Below, piece by piece: positions 27,812-34,312 of a stretch of DNA of 34,312 nucleotides (its first letter is position 1; every line of letters begins with the position of its first letter). Under the pieces are notes generated by a model. It made no database searches. It had not been told where the DNA came from and worked only from the letters and a program-made list of their open reading frames with translations. Location: positions 1 through 34,312 of the forward strand of contig JANNWY010000016.1 in assembly GCA_031409335.1 (NCBI GenBank), given 5' to 3'. A program made the translations under genes and the position numbers. The stretch comes from Chthoniobacteraceae bacterium. GTDB lineage: Bacteria; Verrucomicrobiota; Verrucomicrobiia; Chthoniobacterales; Chthoniobacteraceae.

Positions 27812-30007
27812 ATGAAATTTCTGCCCCTGCTGTTTCTCGCCGCCGCTGCCCTCGCTGAAGACGCGCGGCCCGTCAGCTTTCGCAATCACATCCAGCCAAT
27901 CCTCGCAAAGAGCGGGTGCTCGCTCGGGGCGTGTCATGGCTCGGCGGCGGGGCAGGGGGGATTTAAGTTGTCGCTACGTGGTTACGATGATGAGGGGGAT
28001 TATCTCACGCTCACGCGCGGCGCGTTTGGGCGGCGGATCACGCTATCCGATCCCGCGCGGTCGCTGCTTTTGTTGAAGCCGACGAACTCGGTGTCGCACA
28101 AGGGCAGCGAGAAGTTCAAAGTCGATTCGCCGGATTGGAAGACGATCGTCGAGTGGATCGCGCAGGGCGCGCCGGGACCGAAGGCGGAGGATGCGCGCAT
28201 CCAGCAGCTCACGATCGAGCCCGCGCTCGTGAAGCTCCAGCCGGGGGCGGCGCAGCAGTTCACGGTGCGCGCGCATTTTTCCGACGGGCATGTGGAAGAC
28301 GTGACGCGGCATGTGAAATACACGGCGACGAATCAGTCGGTGATCAATGTGGATGACGATGGGAAGGCGAGCGTGATCGGCAATGGCGAGAGTGCGGTGA
28401 CGGCGTGGTATCTCTCGCGGATCGCGGTCGGCACGGTGTCCGCGCCTTTCCCAAATACGATCGCGCCCGAGGTTTTCGCGAAGGCGGAGCGGCGCAATTG
28501 GATCGACGATCTCGTCCTCGAAAAACTCGCCGCGCTCAATCTCCCGCCCTCGCCGCGCAGCACCGATTCGGAATTCATCCGCCGCGCCTTCCTCGACACC
28601 TGCGGCATCCTCCCGACCACCGATGAAACGCGCGCCTTCCTCGCCGATCCTTTGCCAGACAAACGCGACCGCCTCATCGACTCGCTCTTCGCGCGCACCG
28701 AGTTCGTCGATTACTGGACTTACAAATGGAGCGACCTGCTGCTCGTCTCCAGTCGCAAGCTGCGCCCGTCCGCGATGTGGGCGTATTACAAATTCGTCCG
28801 CGACAACGTGGCGACGAACACGCCGTGGGATGAATTCGCGCGCCGCATCCTCACCGCGCAGGGCAGCACGATCGAGAACGGCGCGGGCAATTTTTTCGTC
28901 CTGCACGAAGACCCGCGCGAGCTTTCGGAAACCACCTCGCAAGCCTTCCTCGGCTTCTCGATGAATTGCGCGAAGTGCCACAATCACCCGATGGAAAAGT
29001 GGACGAACAACGACTACTTCGGCATGGCCAATCTCTTCGCGCGCGTCCGCCACAAGAACGGCGCGGGCGATGGCGAGAACGTGGTCTTTTCCGCGGACTC
29101 CGGCGAACTCAACCAGCCGCTCACCGGCAAGCCCCAGCCGCCGCGTCCGCTCGACGGCACCGCCATCGCCTTCGACGATCCGCGCGACCGCCGCGCCGTC
29201 CTCGCCGCTGCCATCACCGCGCCGGAAAATCCCTACTTCGCCCGCGCCATCACGAACCGCGTGTGGGCGAACTTTTTCTCCGTCGGCCTCGTGGAAAATG
29301 TGGACGACATCCGCGCCAGCAACCCCGCCAGCAACGAGCCGCTCTTCGCCCGCGCCGCGGAGTTTCTCGTCGGGAAAAAGTTCGATCTCCGCGAACTCAT
29401 GCGCGCGATTTTACAAAGCGAAACCTACCAGCGCAGCAGCAACGCCCTCCCGGAAAACAAGGCCGACACACGTTTCTACGCCCGCTACTACCCGCGCCGC
29501 CTGATGGCCGAAGTCGCGCTCGATGCCGTGGCGCAAGTCACGCGCGTCCCCACGCCGTTCGAGACCGACGTGCGCAATGCGAACCAATCCAAAGGCACCG
29601 CGTATCCCGCTGGCTGGCGCGCCGTGCAGCTCCCCGACGCGAATATCAACAGCCATTTTCTAAAGTCGTTCGGACGCCCGCAGCGCGAGGTTACGTGCGA
29701 ATGCGAGCGCAGCAGCGAGCCGACCGTGACTCAGGCGCTGCACCTCAGCAACGGCGACACCGTGAACCAAAAGCTCACCGCGAAAGAGAGCATCGTCGCC
29801 ACCGCGCTCGCCTCCGGGAAACCCGTCCCGCAACTCGTGGAGGAAGCCTACCTCGCCGCCCTCGCGCGCCTCCCCACTGCCGCCGAACGCGAGCGTTTTG
29901 AAAAAGTCCTCGGCGAAGCCAAAGACAACCCCGAAGAAAAACGCCTCGCTCTGGAAGATACCTACTGGGCGCTCCTCAGCAGCCGCGAGTTCCTTTTCAA
30001 CCACTGA
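27812..30007 (+). CDS. DUF1549/DUF1553 (PSCyt2/PSD1) protein with Ig-like domain
   Basis: Signal peptide; VSFRNHIQPIL...CSLGACHG; FIRRAFLD; CAKCHNHP; NPYFARAITNRVW; RRLMAEV; CECER; EFLFNH. Confidence 0.93.
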   Translation: MKFLPLLFLAAAALAEDARPVSFRNHIQPILAKSGCSLGACHGSAAGQGGFKLSLRGYDDEGDYLTLTRGAFGRRITLSDPARSLLLLKPTNSVSHKGSEKFKVDSPDWKTIVEWIAQGAPGPKAEDARIQQLTIEPALVKLQPGAAQQFTVRAHFSDGHVEDVTRHVKYTATNQSVINVDDDGKASVIGNGESAVTAWYLSRIAVGTVSAPFPNTIAPEVFAKAERRNWIDDLVLEKLAALNLPPSPRSTDSEFIRRAFLDTCGILPTTDETRAFLADPLPDKRDRLIDSLFARTEFVDYWTYKWSDLLLVSSRKLRPSAMWAYYKFVRDNVATNTPWDEFARRILTAQGSTIENGAGNFFVLHEDPRELSETTSQAFLGFSMNCAKCHNHPMEKWTNNDYFGMANLFARVRHKNGAGDGENVVFSADSGELNQPLTGKPQPPRPLDGTAIAFDDPRDRRAVLAAAITAPENPYFARAITNRVWANFFSVGLVENVDDIRASNPASNEPLFARAAEFLVGKKFDLRELMRAILQSETYQRSSNALPENKADTRFYARYYPRRLMAEVALDAVAQVTRVPTPFETDVRNANQSKGTAYPAGWRAVQLPDANINSHFLKSFGRPQREVTCECERSSEPTVTQALHLSNGDTVNQKLTAKESIVATALASGKPVPQLVEEAYLAALARLPTAAERERFEKVLGEAKDNPEEKRLALEDTYWALLSSREFLFNH

Positions 30008-30028
30008 GCTTTCTCTATCATCCGCGCC

Positions 30029-30628
30029 ATGACTGCGATGCCTCCAACAGATATAGCGGAAAGCCAAGAGCCGCTTCGGATGAGTGCCGAGGAATACCTC
30101 GCGTTCGAGGCTGCCGCTGAAAGGAGGCACGAGTTTCAGTTGGGCTGCGCTTTTCTGATGCCGGACGTGACCGTGAGCCACAACATCGTCGCCGGGAATA
30201 TTGGCGCAGAACTGCATACCCAGCTTCGCGGCAAACCATGCCGCGTCTTCATGTCCCAAGTGAAGTGCAGGATCATGGCTGCGCAGACCGCTAACTTTTA
30301 CTACCCCGACGTGATGGTTGCGTGCGATCCCACTGACAACGCCGAGTTTTGGCGCGAGCGTCCGAGTGTCATCTTCGAAGTGCTCCTGCCCGGTTCCGCA
30401 CGCACCGACTTCGATAAGTTTTTCGTCTATCAACACATCGCCACGCTACAGCTCTATGTAGTTGTCGAACCCGATCACCCGCTCGTAACCACGTTTCAAA
30501 GGACTGAGGAAGGCTGGCAGCGATCGAACATCAGCGATCTCGCCGCGGAGGTCCCCATCGACTCCATCGGCTGCAAGCTTTCCCTCGCGCAGATTTACGA
30601 GGACATCGACTTCGCCGCAGCCAAGTAG
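30029..30628 (+). CDS. Uma2-family endonuclease-like protein
   Basis: MSAEEYL, RHEF, HNIVAGN, YYPDVMVACD, PSVIFEVL, LSLAQIYE. Confidence 0.9.
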   Translation: MTAMPPTDIAESQEPLRMSAEEYLAFEAAAERRHEFQLGCAFLMPDVTVSHNIVAGNIGAELHTQLRGKPCRVFMSQVKCRIMAAQTANFYYPDVMVACDPTDNAEFWRERPSVIFEVLLPGSARTDFDKFFVYQHIATLQLYVVVEPDHPLVTTFQRTEEGWQRSNISDLAAEVPIDSIGCKLSLAQIYEDIDFAAAK

Positions 30629-30666
30629 CCTCTACTTTTGCACACAATCATTCCACAGCCGCTCCT

Positions 30667-31848
30667 ATGCACCTGATCTTCAAGCCGGAGGCTTGGCGGA
30701 AATTAGCCGGGGGTGAAACCCCCGGATCACGTCCCCAAATGCGGATGCGCCCCGGCAGGGGCGCGGGAAACTCTCGCTGCGTTCCGGCACCCCTGCCGGG
30801 GTGCATCCCGTTTTGTGACCGGTTCCGGGGGTTTCGCTTCGCTTCACCCCCGGCTAATATCTTTCCAGCCCTCCGGGCTATCCTCCTCCTTTTCGCGACT
30901 TTCGCGTATTTCGCGGGCCTCATCTCCGCCGTTGCCGCCGAGCCCTTCTTCAAAAAAGGCGACGTCATCGCCATCGTGGGCGGGGAGGACATGGTGGCGA
31001 TGAGCGAATACGGCTACCTCGAACTCCTCCTCACCCGCGCCCTGCCCGGCCACCGGCTGAAGTTCCGCAACCTCGCGTGGGAAGGCGACACCGTCTTCGA
31101 GCAGCGGCGCGACCGGAACTTCCCCCCGCTCGAAGCGCAGCTCGACCAAGTCGGCGCCACCGTGGTCCTTTGCCAGTTCGGGCAAATGGAGAGCCTCGCG
31201 GGCAAGGAAAAGCTCCCGGAGTTCGTCGCGGCTTATGAGAAGTTGATCGCGCGGATGGAAGGTGGAGCGAAAAGAAGAATCGTTGTCCTATCACCTCATG
31301 GGTTTGGAGCATCTTCCGCAGATCTTGAAGCGGGAGCGAAAGTCGAATCTGTTGGTGGAAAGGACACACAACGGAACTTGAATGTGTGGAAATACGCCAC
31401 GGCGTCGATGGAACTCGCTGGTCGGAGAAACCTGCTTGGAATCAATTTGCTGGAAGTCGACGGCTTTAGCCCAGATGGGGCGCATCTGAATTCCGACGGC
31501 ATCGAAAAGGTGTGCGGCAAGGTCACCAGCAGGTTGGCGGTTCCTCTTCCGCGCGACAGGATGCGGGTTGATTACGGAGATGGACCGGTGCCCTTTTATC
31601 GATTCAATAAGGAAGTCTGGGCTCAACTCCCCAAGGTGATTGCCGCCAAAAACCGCCTCTGGTTCGACTACTGGCGGGTGCAGAACTGGGCCTTCCTCGC
31701 CGGGGACCGCACCGAACAGCCTTCCAGCCGCGATCACGTCGATCGCACCCGGCGCTGGTTCCCCGCCGAGCGCGAGCAGTTCCTCCCGCTCATCGAAGCG
31801 AAGGAACAGGAAATCTGGACCCTCGCCGCCAAACTCGCCCAGCCATGA
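30667..31848 (+). CDS. SGNH/GDSL-like secreted protein (resembles the N-terminal module of PVC-type dehydrogenases), with N-terminal palindromic insert
   Basis: KKGDVIAIVGG, GYLELLL, FRNLAWEGDTV, FGQMESL, DGAHLN, KNRLWFDYWR.QNW. Only ATG in frame before the hydrophobic segment is 30667. Confidence 0.75.
   Translation: MHLIFKPEAWRKLAGGETPGSRPQMRMRPGRGAGNSRCVPAPLPGCIPFCDRFRGFRFASPPANIFPALRAILLLFATFAYFAGLISAVAAEPFFKKGDVIAIVGGEDMVAMSEYGYLELLLTRALPGHRLKFRNLAWEGDTVFEQRRDRNFPPLEAQLDQVGATVVLCQFGQMESLAGKEKLPEFVAAYEKLIARMEGGAKRRIVVLSPHGFGASSADLEAGAKVESVGGKDTQRNLNVWKYATASMELAGRRNLLGINLLEVDGFSPDGAHLNSDGIEKVCGKVTSRLAVPLPRDRMRVDYGDGPVPFYRFNKEVWAQLPKVIAAKNRLWFDYWRVQNWAFLAGDRTEQPSSRDHVDRTRRWFPAEREQFLPLIEAKEQEIWTLAAKLAQP
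30683..30879. repeat. Nested palindromic element of about 197 bp (inside CDS)
   Basis: TTAGCCGGGGGTGAA / TTCACCCCCGGCTAA outer arms; GAAACCCCCGGA / TCCGGGGGTTTC; inner CCCCGGCAGGGG / CCCCTGCCGGGG. Confidence 0.92.
30891..30917 (+). repeat. 9-mer tandem (TTTCGCGnn)3 encoding FATFAYFAG
   Basis: tttcgcgac-tttcgcgta-tttcgcggg. Confidence 0.65.
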
Positions 31849-34312
31849 ACACGCCCGAATCTTCCCAGCACGCGCGGACCGAGAATCCGGGTAGCACGCC
31901 CGTCCCGAGCGTTGGCGAAGGCGTCCCGCCTTTGCGAACTTTGAAAACCGGGGTCGCGGGAAATCGCGCGCGTCATCCATTGCGACGCGGGAGGGAAGTT
32001 CGTCTTGGCGGGACGCCGAGACCAACGCTCGGGACGAGCGTGCTACCCGGACTCGCGGCGTGCGCGTTCCTGGCATTCGGTTGCGCCACTTTCGCCGAAC
32101 CCGACAAGGACGATCCCGCCGCCGAACTCGCCTCCTTCAAACTCCCGCCCGGCTTTCAGGCGAATCTCTTCGCCTCAGAGAAAGACGGCGTGGTGAAGCC
32201 GATCCAGATTCGCTGGGACACGCGCGGGCGGCTGTGGGTCATCCAAAGCACCACGTATCCGCAGCTCGCGCCGGGTGAAGTGCCGAATGACAAGGTGCTC
32301 ATCCTCGAAGACACGGATGGCGATGGGGTTTCGGATAAGACCACCGTTTTTGCGGATGGGCTGATGATTCCGACGGGGCTGGAGATCGCGCCGACGCCGA
32401 TGGACGGAGAACTTTCAACGTCCAACGTTCAACGTCCAACTTCCAAAGAACCGGACCAGCCACCCGCGCCCGACCCATCTTCTTTGAACGTTGAACGTTG
32501 GAAGTTGAACGTTGAACGTTTTCCCAACCGCCCCTCCGCCTGCTACGTCGGCGAAGGCACCAAACTCCTCCTCCTCACCGACACCGACGGCGACGGGAAA
32601 TGCGACAAGCGCGAGGTGGTGCTGCGCGGCTTTGGCACCGGGGACAATCACCAAAACATCAATTCCTTCCGCTGGTCGCCCGGCGGCGAACTTTTTTTCT
32701 CCCAGGGCCTCCACGCCCACGCCCGCGTCGAGACGGCCTATGGCATCGTGCCGCTCGATGAGGCCGGCTTCTGGCGCTACCGCCCGCGCGAGGGCCGGCT
32801 CGATTCCTTTTACGGCGGCCCCGCCGATCCGCAGAATCCGTGGGGCTTTGTGTGGACCGATTGGGGCCAGCCGCTCATCTGCGCGGGGAACAACGGCGGC
32901 ATCTACTGGCCGCTCCCCGAGATGATCCGCGGCTACCGCTACGGACGGCGCGATCAGATCTGGGAAAACGCGCGCGGCCGCAAATCGAGCGGGCCGGACA
33001 TCGTGGGCACCGCGCATCTTCCCGACGACTGGCAGGGCACGCTCCTCACCGGCGGTTACATCAGCAATGCCGTCTGGGCGCTGCGCGTGGAAGATGACGG
33101 CGCAGGTTTCAAAGTGGTCGATCGCGAAGCGCCCGCGGAGCCGGAATCACCCGCCGCCGCGCAGACCGACGCGCCCGTTTCCCCACGAAGAACGGACGAG
33201 GCCAATCCCACCGCCGCCGCGCCGCCGAAACGCAGCACGCAGGCGCTCGTCACCAGCACGCACGGCAGTTTCCGCTGCGTGGACGTGAAGATCGGCCCCG
33301 ACGGCGCGATCTATCTCTGCGATTGGTACAACCCGATCATCGGCCACTACCAAAGCAGCTTCCGCCACCCCGACCGGGACAAAAAGCACGGCCGCATCTG
33401 GCGCATCACGTATAAAGACCGCCCGCTCGTGAAGCCGCCGAAGATCGCCGGGGCAAAGCTGGCGGAGTTGTTTGAGAATTTGAAAAGCGGGGAACGCTGG
33501 GTGCGCGAGATGACTAGACTCGAGTTAATGGGGAGGAAGACGGAGGAGGTGGTGAAGATGGCGCGCACTTCCTCCGAGCGGCTCAGCTTTGAGCACGCGG
33601 GAGAAAGACGCGCTCTTTGTGAAGTTCTCGGCGTCGTCGAGTCGCATAACTCAATGGATTTTGGGATCGCGAATTACCTTATGCAGAGCCGCGATCCAAA
33701 TGTGTGTGCCTATGTCGCCGGTGCGCTCGCGCGCTTGCACGGTCGGCCTTGGGACGATAGTGATTTCGATGGACTCGATAAGTTACTGGAGTTGAGCTTC
33801 CACAGGCACCCCCGCGTACGGCTCGCCGCAATCGTCGCCGCGGGCAACATTCCGCATGCCGACTCGATCATTACCGTTCTCAGCGCCGCAAATCCCGAAG
33901 GCGATAAGTTCATTGATCTTGCCGCCCGCTCTGCCGTAGCCACCCTCAAACCGCAATGGGAGCCAATTGCCGGGAAAGGATTTCCCGACTGGACGCCGGA
34001 TTTACGCGCCCGCCTCGCCGAACTCCAGCGCCCGCCCGGTTCCCCAAAATCTGCGGCATCTGCAAAATCTGCGGATAAAATCTCCGCGACCGTCCCCGCC
34101 ACCGGCAAACTGCGCGCCACGCCCGAGTTCGTCGCGGCGCTCGTGAAGGAAGTCCGCGAGAGCGGCGACGGCAAACACGGCGGCGAAGTCTTCCGCCGCG
34201 CCGAACTCGCCTGCACCGCCTGCCACAGCATCGCCGACCAGGGCGGCAAGATCGGCCCCCCGCTCGACACCATCGGCTCCGGCCAGCCCGTCGATTTCAT
34301 CATCGGCGCCAC
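31845..34312 (+). CDS. PVC-type heme-binding CxxCH protein / membrane-bound dehydrogenase (3' truncated by window)
   Basis: Translated by hand from ATG 31845 (ATGA overlap with upstream stop): SFKLPPGFQANLFASE, WDTRGRLWV, EDTDGDG, GFGTGDNHQ, GPDGAIYLCDWYNPIIGHYQ, HGRIWRI, HEAT-like region, CTACH at 34212-34226. No stop seen. Confidence 0.9.
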   Translation, partial: MNTPESSQHARTENPGSTPVPSVGEGVPPLRTLKTGVAGNRARHPLRRGREVRLGGTPRPTLGTSVLPGLAACAFLAFGCATFAEPDKDDPAAELASFKLPPGFQANLFASEKDGVVKPIQIRWDTRGRLWVIQSTTYPQLAPGEVPNDKVLILEDTDGDGVSDKTTVFADGLMIPTGLEIAPTPMDGELSTSNVQRPTSKEPDQPPAPDPSSLNVERWKLNVERFPNRPSACYVGEGTKLLLLTDTDGDGKCDKREVVLRGFGTGDNHQNINSFRWSPGGELFFSQGLHAHARVETAYGIVPLDEAGFWRYRPREGRLDSFYGGPADPQNPWGFVWTDWGQPLICAGNNGGIYWPLPEMIRGYRYGRRDQIWENARGRKSSGPDIVGTAHLPDDWQGTLLTGGYISNAVWALRVEDDGAGFKVVDREAPAEPESPAAAQTDAPVSPRRTDEANPTAAAPPKRSTQALVTSTHGSFRCVDVKIGPDGAIYLCDWYNPIIGHYQSSFRHPDRDKKHGRIWRITYKDRPLVKPPKIAGAKLAELFENLKSGERWVREMTRLELMGRKTEEVVKMARTSSERLSFEHAGERRALCEVLGVVESHNSMDFGIANYLMQSRDPNVCAYVAGALARLHGRPWDDSDFDGLDKLLELSFHRHPRVRLAAIVAAGNIPHADSIITVLSAANPEGDKFIDLAARSAVATLKPQWEPIAGKGFPDWTPDLRARLAELQRPPGSPKSAASAKSADKISATVPATGKLRATPEFVAALVKEVRESGDGKHGGEVFRRAELACTACHSIADQGGKIGPPLDTIGSGQPVDFIIGA
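31886..32051. repeat. GTAG-REP-like doublet hairpin element, copy 2 (inside CDS)
   Basis: Same arms as 20867-21034 with a different central spacer. Confidence 0.93.
32406..32525. repeat. Inverted heptamer array (GTYCAAC)~5 - spacer - (GTTGAAC)~5 (inside CDS)
   Basis: tttcaac gtccaac gttcaac gtccaac ttccaaagaa ... ttctttgaac gttgaac gttggaa gttgaac gttgaac. Confidence 0.92.
34047..34083 (+). repeat. 9-mer tandem (nnATCTGCn)3 in CDS linker
   Basis: aaatctgcg-gcatctgca-aaatctgcg-gataaaatct; encodes KSAASAKSADKI. Confidence 0.65.

Noticed and set aside
31231..33985. Diversity-generating retroelement as cause of the low-GC patches
   Set aside because: No reverse transcriptase or TR/VR pair seen in the window; a remote DGR cannot be excluded.
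1..34312. tRNA, rRNA or riboswitch genes
   Set aside because: None recognised by eye in the short intergenic regions; a covariance-model search would be needed to exclude them.

Overview
High-GC bacterial window, most consistent with Verrucomicrobiota (Chthoniobacter-like). This is inferred from the PVC-type gene families: DUF1549/DUF1553, a PVC heme-binding CxxCH protein and an H-X9-DG prepilin-like protein. Gene order: right end of an IS256-family element, an FN3-like hypothetical, ilvD, a prepilin-like gene, aat, miaE, a large modular GH16, a DUF1186/SEC-C gene, a ~17 kb minus-strand MoxR-AAA/DUF58/vWA operon, DUF1549/1553, Uma2, an SGNH-like gene and a PVC-type cytochrome c/dehydrogenase that runs off the window and is absent from the ORF track. 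The operon includes two unusual secreted paralogs and a 1430-aa TPR/beta-propeller protein, and is interrupted by a Uma2 gene. The most striking unexplained structure is a set of at least nine short palindromic or periodic elements (GTAG-REP-like doublets, a nested hairpin, 7-mer and 9-mer arrays). Most are read in frame inside genes, several immediately after the start codon and ahead of a signal or TM segment. Two are next to Uma2 genes. Several elements, and two low-GC intragenic patches, sit at G-rich to C-rich strand-composition switches. All family calls are from motif recognition by eye; no searches or computations were run.
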